Shown here: one piece after another, positions 13,653 through 28,668 of the stretch | Layout of the letters: the number at the start of each line of letters is the position of its first letter | Numbering within the stretch: position 1 is the first letter of the stretch | Source of the DNA: Eledone cirrhosa | Lineage: Eukaryota | NCBI GenBank assembly: GCA_964016885.1 | Contig: OZ024743.1 | Span: 221,092,001-221,156,000, forward strand | Reading direction: 5' to 3' | Length of the DNA stretch: 64,000 nucleotides | Notes under the pieces: generated by a model | What the model saw: the letters and a program-made list of their open reading frames with translations, nothing else | What the model was told of the DNA's origin: nothing | The model's database searches: none | Translations under genes and position numbers: made by a program

Positions 13653-13921
13653 CTTTCTTTATTAACCACAAGGGTTTACATAAAGTAGACATTAAGGACA
13701 GTACAGGACAATACATGACGGTACAAATGGTCATTTCTGCGTGTGTAAAAAAACAAAAACAGAGGATGTAACAAAAAAATAACAATGAAAAATTCCCTAA
13801 TAGTGTGTGTGTGTGGGGGGGGGGAGACTTCCGAGGGACATTTGTGGAGAAAGCTCATTAAAAGGCCACAGTGACCCTGACCACCAGGGCAAGTGCCCTC
13901 TCTCAGTTTTACATCTTTAAT

Positions 13922-16900
13922 TTACAGACACATACTCAGAGTAGGCCCATTCACTCGGGCCATTCTTGCCTCTCTCACCCATCTTTCAACAAAATGCTGG
14001 GAAGAGAGCACTTCCCTCTCTACCCTGATTTTCCTTTTCAAATGAAATTTGAAAAAGTTAATCAGGGCATCACCGAAGAGGTAAGTGCTCGTCTTCAGCC
14101 CTTTCAAGCATGTCCACCATACTATCTCTTTCGCCATGGCCACCAGAGAGATAAAAATTGCCTGCCCTTCCCGGCTAAAAGAAGAGGGCGGGACAATCCT
14201 CACGATGGACTCAGCTGATAGCCGGATCCGTCCTACACGCGACAGCAGGTGTTCGACATAAACCCACGAGTCAGCAATGCTCGGACACTGGACTAGTGCG
14301 TGCAGGACGGTTCCGTCGCCCTGCGCGCATCTCGGACATGCCCGGCTGACGGCACCTCCATGCTTGTAGAGTTTATCCCGAACTGGCAAAGCTCCTCGGT
14401 AGCACTGCAAGGCCAGGGATTTCTGGAAGTTGTCCATAGGCCCAGGCCCGAAAGTTCTTCCGAAGAGATTGGCTAGTTGATTTTCGTCGACGCCTAGATT
14501 TTCCATAAGTACTTTGTCGCTCTTCCCCTCCACTAATCCTCTATAGAATGCCAAGGTGGAGTTTCCACCGATCACGTTGCCCGATTGGTCGAGGGCTGTG
14601 AGCGCCTGAAGACATTCCAGTCTCCAAGCGCTCCCTCTCGGTCTTCGCTTGACCCAGGACTGCAGATCCGTCAAGGAAACGAGCTGGGGAAAGACGCGTC
14701 TAGCAAACGGTGACCACACCTGTTCACCGTCGAGGAAGAGGTGTAGATGTCGTAGCCTGAGCACGTGTCTGCGCATCATCAGCCATGGCATGCCCAGCCC
14801 TCCACGTAACGGGTTTTGACAGCAGATGGATCGCCTGACCATCGGAGCGCGTCCCTTCCACAAAATGCGAAAGAGCAAACGCTCCAGCGCAGTTAGGCGA
14901 GGCTTAGGACAAGGTAAGACGGTCAGGCGGTAGTAGATGACGGACGCGATGTACGCGTTAGCCACCTCCGCTCGTCCTTTCAGGGATAGCTTTCTCTCCG
15001 CCCATTTCTTGGTGAGAGAAGCCACCCTGCTCGTCACCTCGTCCCAGTTTTTGTTTGTCTGGAGGTCCGGACCCAACCAGACCCTAGCAATTTAACCGGC
15101 GACGCTGTTGGACGGCATGGACCTTCCTCTCCAGGTGCCGAGCTGCAGGCCCACTGACTTTTCCTGGTTGATCATTGCTCCTGTCACAACTTCGTATTCT
15201 CTTAGTGTAGTGCCGATCGCCTTGATATATTTGGCGTTCGACACCACTACGGTGACATCGTCCGCATATGCTGACACGGATCTTCCGCATCCTAGTTCGC
15301 GCGGGACCCCCTCAACGTCTCCAGTTTGTGCAGTAATGGCTCGAGAGTCAATACGTACAAGAGGGACGAGAGGGGACTGCCTTGGCGGACGGAGCGCATG
15401 ATGTTGAACGGTTCCGAAAGGTGACCGTTCACTCTCACCACATAGCAGATGTTGCTGTGCATGGCAGCGATCCAGCCTCTGAAGACGGGCGCAAAGCCAG
15501 CCACCCTCAGGACTGCCACTAGGTAACGATGATCGACCCTATCGAAAGCTTTCGACTGATAGAAATTGATCAAGGACCCACCGGTGCCAGGTTCCCTAGC
15601 TACCCTCTCCACGATGTATCTCATGAGGTGGAGGTTGCCGTGGATAGATCTGTCGGGAATGGCGCATGTTTGTGCCTCTCCCACCAGACCACCAACAACA
15701 AGCGCCAACCTATTTGCTAGCACCTTGGTAAAAATCTTGAACTCTGTGTTTAGTAGAGTTATGGGCCTGAAATTATCTATGTTATCCCCCTTGTTCGGAT
15801 CCTTTCTCAGCAGCGCCACCGTTCCTCGGCTCACAGAGCTGGGAATTCTCCCGTTCTGTTGCCAGTTGCAGTAGACGTCCGACATGAAGTCTCCGAACAA
15901 GTCTGGCATCTGTACGTAAAGTTTATAGGGCAGACAATCCAAACCAGGCGATTTACCCCTAGTGCAACCAGTCATTGCCTCCCGTACTTCAGTGGCTGTT
16001 ATCGGCTTTTCGCAACACACCGCCTCAGTGGCCGAGAACCGCGGCAGTCCGTCGAGGTAGACACTAAATCCATCCCTCGATCCGGCCCGCCGCTGCCCTC
16101 GAACAGCTGTGTGAAGTGTCGCTGAAAAGCTTCACACATTTTCTATTTGTCTCTATAGCTAAAGCCTTACTAAACCTAATGGACTCTACTATAATCGCTC
16201 TTTTCAGAGCAAACCACCACTTGTTTTTGACGATGGCCCCCGTCAACACCCGCTTAACTAGTTCGCTAATCCGGTCTCTGTAGGCATTGCGCGCTGGTAA
16301 GGACGCGCTTAGCTTCCAGTAGCCGGGTCTTTGTCTATGAAGCCTATCTAAGTCAAGCATACAGATTAGGAATTTGTGTTCCGTGTAGCTGACTATCTTG
16401 AATTGTGGACAGCCTATGCTAGACCTATCTATTTCCCTACAAAATACTCTATCTAGATATGATCTGGATGACCTATGCGATTTGTCCAGGTCCACATTGG
16501 CACATTCGGGAAATCCAATCGGTACCTGTCAGACAGTTCAAAACGCCTGAGCAGGCTGGTGAGGCTCTCACACCCTCCTCCCCCTATCCGCTAATCCCAC
16601 ACAGTCCCAGCGTGCATCTAAGATCCCGTTCCAGTGGCCCACTAACACTAAAGAGCGGGACGTTCCAAGACAGGTCTCCAGACGCCGGAAGAAATCAGGC
16701 CGCCCTGCTCCTGTCGGGGCATAGACGGCCACTAGCCTGAAAGCTTACCCGTCTCTGCTGGTCACGTCCAGCACCACCAACTTACCTTCTGGGTCCAGTA
16801 AGATGGCCCGTATGGCGAGATCCAAACCTCTCCTAAAAAGCACAGCCCCCCCCCCCCCCATCTAGAGCGGCTGGGAGATGCGTACACATAGTAGCCACCG

Positions 16901-17035
16901 GAGATCGGTGCGAAGGCCCGTGCTTCGGAGATTCCGGTCTCGCTGATGGCCACTACATCTATGTTTAGTGACCTGAGGTCGTTGAGCAGGCGGCCCTGCT
17001 TCCATGACGACCCCAAGCCACGCACATTTATGTGC
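13922..17035 (-). pseudogene. LINE ORF2: AP endonuclease, reverse transcriptase and CCHC finger, frameshifted
   Basis: NVRGL..VVAISET, YLDRV, GYWKL, KSPGLD, NFRPITLLNTEFKI, KAFDRVDH, VRQGSPLS, AYADDVT, CPRC...HALVQC spread over several frames. Confidence 0.93.
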
Positions 17036-17088
17036 CTATTCTCAGTGAGGTCATGTTGAAAAGGAGTGGAAAAGATGGGAAAGACCAC

Positions 17089-18618
17089 TTACCTTACTTC
17101 TCGTAGAGGTAGCATGGTTTCTCCACCCTTTTCACTGCTTCTGGCCTCCTCCAGAAGGATGTCCTTATAAATCCTCCTGGAGAGTACTTGTAGGAAGTCT
17201 CCGATGTCTTTTGGGAATTTTTGTTCTAGCGTCGTGTACGTTTTCTGTGTGATGCGAGTGATTTGTATGTGTGGAGGTGGTGTGAAGGTTTGGGGTGTTG
17301 TGTAGTCTTTTTCTGTGATGCTGGTGTTGTGTTGGATGTAGTGTAATAATTGGTTGTTGTTCAAATTTAATTGTTTCTACTTTAGGCACAAGGCCAGCAA
17401 ATCCCCCAGTGCATTACTGGTACTTTATTTTATCGACCCCGTAAGGATGAAAGGCAAAGTCTACCTCGGCGGGATTTGAACTCAGATCGTAAAGGAACGT
17501 AACTATGCTGGAAAGCATGGCGTCCGACCCTCTACCGATACTGCCAATCCACCGCCATTTTTGTGGTGTTGGTGATGGTGGTGTTGGGTTTAATGATGGT
17601 GTTGGTGATGGTGTTTGTGGTGATGGGGTTGGTGAAGCTTGTGCGGATGGTGGCATAGCTGTCCTAACTTTTTTGTTTGATAGTTTATTTGTTTCCCTCT
17701 GTATCTTGTTTTTGGAGGCGTTGGTTTTGGTTGTGGCGTGTTGGATGGTGTAGGCGCTGGTGCTAGTTCTGGTGCGTTGGGTGGTGGTGGTGGTGTTAGT
17801 TTTGCTACTGTTGCTGGGGTTGTTGCTGTTACAATTGCTTCTGTTGTTGCTGCTACAGTTGTTGCTGCCATTTCTGCTGCTGGTGGTGTTGATGGTTGAG
17901 TCACTGGGGTGGGTAAGAGAGGTGGCCTCAACTTTTTAGCCTGAGGGCAGAAAGCCTTTAGGTGGGTTCCCTCACTATAAACGACACACCCAGGCCTTCT
18001 ACCCTCGACGAATACGGTGAGATGGCTGCCGTCAGTGAGGTCTATTACCTCTGGGATTTCCTCAATGCTTTTTTGGTCCGCTTGGATCAGTAGCTCCATC
18101 CCAGATCCGGACCAGTTCTCCTGCTTTTCTTTTGATATATCAATTATTTTGGTGTTGGCCTCGATGCAGGGGAGAACGGCAGCCATTAGCCAGGGAATTT
18201 CGATGGCCGGTGGAACGTGGGTCACCCTGATCTTCACGAGTCTCTGGCCACAATAGCTTGGGACGAGTATGAAGTCGTCGCTTCTTAATGGGGATATAGA
18301 GTGCTCTCTGGCCTCCTGTGGTGTTCCAAAGAACACGTCCACGGTTCCATATTTCTGCCCACGTCTGATGTGGGTTTTTTCCGCCCACACATGTCCCAAA
18401 GCTTTTGGGATTTGGGACTCGGATGCCCGTTCCACTCGGCGCGATTTTGTGTTAATCGTCCAATAAGACACGGTGCATAGGCGCCGATGCTCCATTTTAT
18501 TAGGTGGGGGGAGGGTGACCCTGTACCCATCTTTCTTTACCATTCTCTTGGCTTCATTTAATTCCTCCTGAGTTACCTCGATTGTTTCGTATTTCTTGGC
18601 TGCTTTGGCAAACGACAC
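17089..18618 (-). pseudogene. LINE ORF1 (gag-like), disrupted by frameshift and SINE
   Basis: 342-aa ORF upstream of ORF2, degenerate zinc knuckle RRPGCVVYSEGTHLKAFCP, Pro/Thr-rich tail. Confidence 0.8.
17369..17556 (-). mobile_element. SINE family 1 inserted in LINE ORF1
   Basis: Full-length copy; attt on both sides (17365-17368, 17557-17560). Confidence 0.92.
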
Positions 18619-19220
18619 ATTTGCGGTTGTGTTGATGTTTTTGTTGTTATTCTCATTGCTGTTGTTGCTGTTGTTGTTATTGTTATTTTTAGTTCTGTTG
18701 TGGTAGTGGTGGCGTCAGTGGTGTTCGGTGTGGAAGAGTCGATTCTGGGTGAATGTCACTAGATAATAATTTATTTTTTTCTTTTGTTTCTGTTGTTGCT
18801 GTGGTGGTGGTGGGGGTGGCGGCTTTAACACCTGCAGTTTTTGGTAATGGCGGGAAATGAATGTCTGCATGAGACAAATTTATATTATTGCTACTGCTTA
18901 TATTTTTAGTGTTGGCAGACGTAGTAATATTTACAATGGTGGTCTTGGTGTGAGGTGTTAGTTTGTGAGGAAGGCTGTCAGCTTGGTATAGCTGTGTACG
19001 TCCAGGATTTTTTCAAAGAAATTTTTGTTTGATAATTATGAAAGTTTAAATTTTGTGCTCACGGCCCCAATCTTTTTGAGTGTCCTTTTCCGAAAGCAAT
19101 ATATGTGACCTTATAAACACTTAACAACAAACATTTTCTATAAATGGCAATTTGAAACAACTGAAAACAAGAAAACTTTGCGGAGCTCACGATGATACGA
19201 TTTCCTACGTAGGTCGCCAA

Positions 19221-19307
<87 letters not shown>

Positions 19308-19348
19308 CAATAATAACAATAATAACAATAATAATAATAATAATAATA

Positions 19349-21640
19349 TAGGAAGCTTTTGACTATCTAAAACATGTTCCACAAGAGGAGTGATGTCGAT
19401 AGACTCTACTTAAGGAGATCTTATAGTGAGTCTGGGCTAGGTGTTTACACTCGGATACAATGTGAGCCACAGTCTCCTCTCTCTCTCCACAGATCCTGCA
19501 CGGTGGGCTAGCCTCCTCCTTGTAAATATGGTGTTTCAACCACTTCGTTTTGAGGGCCTGCTCCTGCGCAGCCGTTAACATTCCTTCTGTGGCCTTTTTA
19601 AGGTCTCCTCTTTTCAACAAGTTCCATGTCTGTGGATCTCTAAATTCAGTTTTCTCAAAGAAGGTACTATGAAGGGATTTTTCCTGAAGGCTGCTCTTTC
19701 TCCTTGATGTTATTTCCTCCTTGGACATCCCTTGGCCTATTGTCCCCTCCTTCAGTACAGTTCTGAGCATTGGCTCCTTACTACCAGTCACGTATTTGTG
19801 TAGGTTGTTTTTCTCAATCTGAACACAGTCCTCTATGCTGATAAGACCTCTTCCACCTTCAGATCTCCTTATGTAGAGTCTATCGACATCACTTCTCTTG
19901 TGGAACATGTTGTAGATAGTCAATAGCTTCCTAGTCTTCCTATCCATTTCTTTTGTTCAGCAACATTCCATCTCAGAATTCCCGCACTGTACCTAATAAT
20001 AGACACAGCTCGGGAATTTACTGCACTTATGGTATTCCTACTGTTCAGATGTGACTTTAATACGCTCCTTACTCTCCGAATGTATTCAGTTCTTATCAAT
20101 TCCTTCATTTTTTTTTTCTTGATGTCATCAGCCTCCAGAACGCCCAAATACTTGTATCCTTCTTCAGAGTCAATTTCCTTTATCATCTCACCTGTTGGTA
20201 CCTGGATTCCGTTACTTCTGCTCAACTTACCCCTCTTCATCACAATGACTTCACACTTACTAATACCAAATTGCATACATATATCATTGCTGAAAATACG
20301 GACAGTGTCAACAAGCACATCCAACTCCTTCTCACTCTTCCCGAAGAGTTTAAGATCGTCCATGAAGAGGAGGTGATTGATGGTAAGCCCTCCCTTTCCC
20401 AACCTGTATCCTGCTCTCACTTTTCGCAGTACACTGGTCAGGGGCATCAGGGCAAGGACAAACAACAGAGGGGGGACAGACTATCTCCCTGGAAGATACC
20501 TCTCTTGATCTTCACGCTTCCCAAGGATTCTCCAGTTGGTGTTAACTCTGTTTCCCAGGACTTCATACTTTTGCCCAACAACTGTCTGATGTTATCTGCC
20601 ACCTTGAAGATCTCCAGGCTTTTGGTGATCCAAGAATGAGGCACCATGTCAAATGCCTTTTTGTAATCTATCCATCCCATGGCAAAACCAGTGTATCTCC
20701 TCTTGCAATTCCTCATTACCATCTTATCAATAAGTAACTGGTCCTTTGTACCACGTGACTTCTTTCGGCATCCTTTCTGTTCGTCCGGTAACAAGTTGTT
20801 TGTGTGGAGGTGATGGTAGATTTCCTCAGACATAATGCTTGTCAACAGTTTCCACATTACGGACAGACATGTGATAGGTCTATAGTTGGTAACATCATTA
20901 CCCTTGATTCGGTCTTTCATTATCAGAACTGTGGTACCTTTTGTCAACCACTCTGGCACCTCACCTGACATCAAGCAGTCATTGAACATGGTTGTCAGTT
21001 TCGGGTGGAGGGATGTTATATTTTTAATCCAATACCCCTGCACACCATCTGGGCCTGGTGATTTCCAGTTGGTTAGTTTTTTGGCCTGCCCCTTAAGAGT
21101 TTCAACTGTGATACTCAAATCAGTTTGTTGGTGTGCCTGCTCACCGATCTCCCTCTGTACTGTCTCAATCCACACTGCCTGGTCATTATGTCTAACATCC
21201 TGCTCCCATATTCCTCTCCAGAATGTTTTAGTTTGTTCCGCCTCAGGGATCAAGTCGTTGCCTCTTTCTTTCCTCTCAAGCTGTCCAAACAGCATCTTCT
21301 GGTTGTTGTCGAACATGCGGTTCTGTTTATACTGACTGACTCTGTTCTCGTATCGCCTGATTTTTGCACTCTTTGCTACAATGCGTTGCTTCAGTTCCTC
21401 TATGATAATATTTAGCCTTTTCCTCCTAGTTTTGTACTTTATTTCCAGTCTATTTTTAGTGTCTATGTTTTTTAGTGTCCCATTCAGTAGTGACTCAAGC
21501 TTTCCAATGTCATTTCTCATTTCCCTGATTTGACCACTCAGTCGTTTCTTCCACCAAGGCTCTGCTCTTTCTTGTCTGTTGTTTCCTCTCGCTTTTATAC
21601 CAAGTAGTTTCCTCACCGTATTTGATGTTGCTTTGAGGAT
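19349..21640 (-). mobile_element. R4/Dong-clade LINE, RT region, truncated at both ends and frameshifted
   Basis: WKSPGPDGVQGYW, NYRPITCL, EQKGC, WIDYKKAFDMVPH, GIFQGDSLSPL, HLLFMDDLKL, YKYLG, CRIC...ETVAHIVSEC. Confidence 0.93.
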
Positions 21641-21676
21641 ATTATTATTATTATTATTATTATTGTTATTGTTATT

Positions 21677-23113
<1,437 letters not shown>

Positions 23114-23139
23114 ATTATTATTATTATTATTATTATTAA

Positions 23140-23186
<47 letters not shown>

Positions 23187-23204
23187 TATTATTATTTTAT
23201 TATT

Positions 23205-23310
23205 ATGTTATTGTGTATTTTTACTCAATTTTATTGTAAACCCCACTATCCCTGTCTTTCTATTGTCTCCTATATCTCGGCCCTTGTGGTTAATAAATGA
23301 AATCATTATG
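23205..23310 (+). mobile_element. Short 3' end of Tx1-like LINE
   Basis: cccttgtggttaataaa matches the 3' end of the 13650 element; follows (TTA)n. Confidence 0.55.
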
Positions 23311-23780
23311 ATTAATATGATTAATAATATTATTATTGGTATTAACTGCGGCAACGTTCTATAAATTCGGCTGTAATAAAGCAATATTAAAGATGTGCTA
23401 AATTTTCTCCGATTCATTAAACAATGATATAGCTGTATTTTATTATAACACGTATTAATTCAACCTTGGCCTCTACCTGTGTTTGTAAAAAGTTAAACTA
23501 TAAAGTATTGTGTTAGTATACAGGAAAATGGCGGCGGAACAGAGGAAACAAATAAGATTGGAGTAAAGTTACAGCTTTTACAAATATATACATTCACATA
23601 CACCCAAAAACATATGTATACACATATATATTTATGGGTTTCTGTGTGTACTTCTATGAATGTGAGTGTATAGATTATTATGCAATGGTAATATTATTTA
23701 CATACGAACGTGAAATACATACACACACGCAACCACACACACGCAACCACACACACACACACACAGGCACACACACACAC

Positions 23781-23876
<96 letters not shown>

Positions 23877-24188
23877 GTATATACATACATATATATGTAT
23901 ACATACGTATATATATATGTATATATATATATACATATATACATAAGCATATATATATATAAGCATATATATAACATATATGTATCCCCATGAACATGTA
24001 TATTTATGAGTTTGCGTTTGTATCAATTTATATGTGTCGGTATATATTATATATGTATATATATGTATAATATATATATATATATAATATATATATGATT
24101 TATATAATTCACATATATTTACATATGTATGTGTATTACATATATGTTTGCCTGTAAGTAGGCATTTGAGTATATATATATATATGTG

Positions 24189-24305
<117 letters not shown>

Positions 24306-24906
24306 GTATATATATGTGTATATGTATATATATATATATATATATATACATATATATGTATATATATGTATATATATATGTATATGTATATATATATGTA
24401 TATATATATATATTTATATATATATATATATGGGTGGGGGTATAATCCTTTCTAGATGTGTGTGTATGTTTGTATCTTGTAGTATCCAATAATATTTAAG
24501 GAGTATAAACATATGCACTAGATAACATAAAGCAAAAACAACAAAACTTGTTATTATACACATACGCGAATAAACACTAACATATATATGCACACACTCA
24601 TATATACATACATACATATATAAATACATACATAGATACATATATACATAGATACATACATACATATATACATACATACATACATACATATATACATACA
24701 TACATGCATACATACATACATACATACATATATACATACATATATACATACATACATATATACATATATACACAAGCACTATCACCTAGACACACACACA
24801 TAAACAGAATCACACATACGCAGGCACACACATGCACAAACACAAACACTCACAAAAACACACGCAAACACACAAGCATACGCAAACACAAACACAAACA
24901 TACTCA

Positions 24907-24950
<44 letters not shown>

Positions 24951-25363
24951 ACTTTCGAATGTGTCGATAATTTTATTGGTCGAATTTATGAATTTCATTG
25001 CAGCCGTTTCTTCATTTTTATTGGTTCAATTTAATACATTTTCTTTCCAAATTTAATCGTTTTACATGAAACACTAACAAAGACACACACATACACACAA
25101 TCACACACAAACAAACATACGTACACACACACATGCCCCCACTCTCTCCTTCTCTCTCTCTCTATTTCACACACACATAAACGCATAAACACATAAACAC
25201 GCAGACAAAATAGCGTGTAATCTTGTTTTCTTTTAATAAAATCTATTGATTAAATCATTAGAATGGATATTAGCTTTTACTACTATGGAACTTTTAATTG
25301 TTAACTCTTGTTGCATTCGTGAGATATATTAAATATTTCACTCTACACATACGCTCACACCCA

Positions 25364-25455
<92 letters not shown>

Positions 25456-25456
<1 letters not shown>

Positions 25457-26454
25457 TAGCATTAAAGCCCGGCGTTGCTCGGGGTCATTAAGTTACCAAA
25501 GTTAGGTTGCACCACCCATTTTATGGCAGCACTTTTTTGTCTGCCAGACACTGGGTGAATGAATTGCAGACCTGGAAGCATGAGCTGCGCCAGCAGTGAC
25601 AATTGTAGTTTCGCCTATGGATATTATCTCTGTGCAAAAAAGTGTCGAAATTTATTGTTTAACAGTACTTGCGCAACACGCGCGTAGACGATGCCAGCCG
25701 AACAACAGAGCTGCGATGGAGTTCTTCTGCATGGTTGTCTGTGTGTTTTCTAAATTTAAGACAGTAGGGAGTATTGTGATATGAGGGAGAGTTAGCTGTT
25801 GTTTCTAGCAGGTTTAGTGACCTCATAGAGGATATGTGTTTTCTAAATTTAAGACAGTAGCGACTGGTGTGATATGGGGAGAGTTAGCTGCTGTTTCTAG
25901 CAGGTTTAGTGACCTCATAGAAGATATGTTTTCTAAATTTAAGACAGTAGGGAGGGGTGTGATGGGGGAGAGTTATCTGCTGTTTCTAGCAGGTTTAGTA
26001 ACCTCATAGAGGATATGTGTTTTCTAAATTTAAGACAGTAGGGAGTGGTGTGGGGAGTGGTGTGATATGGGGGAGAGTTAGCTGCTGTTTCTAGCAGGTT
26101 TAGTAACCTCATAAAGGATATGTGTTTTCTAAATTTAAGACAGTAGGGAGTGGTGTGAACGGACAGTATCACCATCAAGCTTGGAAAGAGAAAGTAGCAG
26201 AAAGTATGAAGTTGTATAGATTTTGAATGGTAGTAGAAAGGGTTCAGCAGTTTAAATGAGAGAGAAAAATCGTAAAATATTGAGTTTTATCTATGTTTTG
26301 AGTAATTGTGGGTGAAATTGAAAAAATTATCTGCATCAAGACGCAATCGAAACTGTTTCGAATACTGAATTGTAAATTTCAATTGAAGAAATTCTATATC
26401 GTAGATTTCTATAACGAAGGAGCATGACCACACACTGAGCTTTATAGATTATGA
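25456..26454 (-). mobile_element. Non-autonomous Helitron with internal minisatellite
   Basis: Minus strand A|TCataatctataaag start; cccgagcaacgccggg hairpin a few nt before CTAG|T; inserted in (TA)n. Confidence 0.8.
25740..26158. repeat. About 91-93 bp minisatellite, roughly 4.5 copies
   Basis: ttttctaaatttaagacag recurs at 25746, 25839, 25929, 26020, 26125. Confidence 0.95.
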
Positions 26455-27800
26455 TATATATATATATATATCATAATCTATAAAGCTCAGTGTGTGGTCA
26501 TGCTCCTTATTATTATTGGTTTTTAACAGCTTTTCAATCTAGCTTTCATAGTCTTTTGGCTACCATACCATATCTCTCTTCTTAAATATTATATTTTCAC
26601 TATTAACACCTTATGAGTTTATATCTGATTATATATTTTATTTCATTTTATTTTATTTTATTTTATTTGGATTCTCATTTAGATAATTAACCCCCCCACC
26701 CACACACACACACTTGTCATTCACCCCTTCAATTATACTATAATTATATTCAATTCCCTTTTATGCTCCTTTCTATTGTATTATACAGTATATTGATTAT
26801 GATTTTATGCTCCTTCGTATCCTCCATACCTTTCTTTTTTCTGTCCCCATTGGCCTACAATAGTTCTATTTAAGGTCCGTTTATTAGATAACGTTATTCC
26901 ACTGAAAGTAGAATAATTCATTCTATTCTGGATATTTTTTATTGAGATATCTTAAACTTTAGAGATTTTGATTACTTAAACCATAGCTAATTTTGTATTG
27001 ACTTATTATGTATTTGAAATACTTTCAATATTAATTAATTTAATAAGGTTTTCTAGTCATTTATCCGGGTTTGATTCCTAATTTTTTTACTTAACTGCTT
27101 GTGAGACATAAGTAAATATATTTGTTTTTGTTTTTCGATTTCCGGTTGATTTTATTTATATTTTTTCACTACCGTGCATAGTTTCTGTCTGGTTCTTGTT
27201 CACTTATTCACATATGTCTGTCTACCAACCATGTAATTATGTATACTATACTATGTTTGTTATTTGATATTGAAGTTGTTATATCATATCACTTTATGTA
27301 ATCGTACTATAGATCTTAAATATTTACCGATTATTCGATGTACCCTTATGTTAAATTTTGTATATTCTGTAATATGTTTATATTTTTATAATTTTTATAA
27401 TGTTTACATAATATTTATTTATACCAATTGTATAAAAACTGACCTCCGTCTGTTTTCTTACAACGGTATAGATATTTTTCCAGCACAATTTTTTCAACAC
27501 AATTTAGTTCTGTATGATATTTTTTTCTCACCCTGTGTGTAACTTTATATGATTTGTTAAGTTATATGCCAATATATTATAATATTGTTATTATAGTGTT
27601 ATTGTAATATTTATATTGTTTGTGCAAATTGACCGGAGATTATAAATTATAAATTATATAATTATATAGTATATTATATATTATATGTTTATTTTTATTC
27701 ATTTCTTTATCATTTTATACTGTAAATAATATAAGTATTATATTTATATTTAAACTCTTAATAAGTGTTAGTTTGTGTTTGTATTGATGGATATGAATAT

Positions 27801-27837
<37 letters not shown>

Positions 27838-28145
27838 TATGTATATATATATATATATATGTATATTGGGCCTTTTAATATTATTATTATTATCATTATC
27901 AATTATATTATATTATATTATATTATATTATATTATATATCGTACTGTAATTCTCGCTTTATATCACCACTTGTGTTTAGTTTTAGTTTTTACATTGTAC
28001 TATATTTGTAATATGGTTCAAAATGTTATTCACTTCCTAAGCAATTTTTACTTGATAATTTTCCTATGCTTTAATGTATGTATACTCCATATTCTTCTGA
28101 GTGTTTGGCTTGTATTGGCCGATAGTGCTTCTTATAGCTTTACTT

Positions 28146-28183
28146 GCCCTGATGAGTCCTTATTAGGACGAAACATTGTTGGC
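28146..28183 (+). ncRNA. Minimal type-I hammerhead motif (family D)
   Basis: gcc CTGATGA gtcct tatt aggac GAAA cattg TT ggc t AATAAA. Confidence 0.85.
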
Positions 28184-28269
28184 TAATAAAGACTTTTGAT
28201 GTATTGAAGGCTTCTTTGGTTTATTTTCATAAATAAATATATATATATATATGTGTGTGTATGTGTGTG

Positions 28270-28338
<69 letters not shown>

Positions 28339-28354
28339 TTTATATATATATATT

Positions 28355-28668
28355 TAGGTTTGAAGGTTCACCACTGGATAGAGTTGGTCATTCCGTATGG
28401 TCAATCTTGATGTAATAATATGGAGAGTACTCAACGTAAAGCAGATCAACCGTCTTCGTTTGTGTAGTTGTTGGTGCGAGTACGGAGTTAATTGTTATAA
28501 TAAAATAACAGGAGGCTGGACTTGTGTAAATCCTTGAAAGGTTTATTATACTATGATCATTTCAATGACCGAGTTCCGTATGAATCCGGTGATATCATCA
28601 GATATTCGAAATATAATAAAATAATGTAACAGATAAAATCCATGGGGCTGAAAATCATAGACCCGAGG
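28355..28668 (-). mobile_element. PLE pLTR family A copy
   Basis: Matches 1257-1560; abuts (TA)n. Confidence 0.8.
28548..28605 (-). ncRNA. Hammerhead motif (family A)
   Basis: atat CTGATGA tatc accgg..tcggt catt GAAA tgatca TA gtat AATAAA. Confidence 0.78.

Larger units (their letters stand above)
13650..19219 (-). mobile_element. Near full-length L1/Tx1-clade LINE, degenerate
   Basis: 5' UTR, ORF1, ORF2 (APE-RT-CCHC), 3' UTR ending AATAAAgaaagc(ATT)n; GC-rich relative to flanks; bounded by trinucleotide repeats. Confidence 0.92.

Noticed and set aside
26520-27560. Possible decayed LINE or PLE coding remnant on minus strand (LYRCKKTDGG)
   Set aside because: Too many stops and too AT-rich to assign by eye
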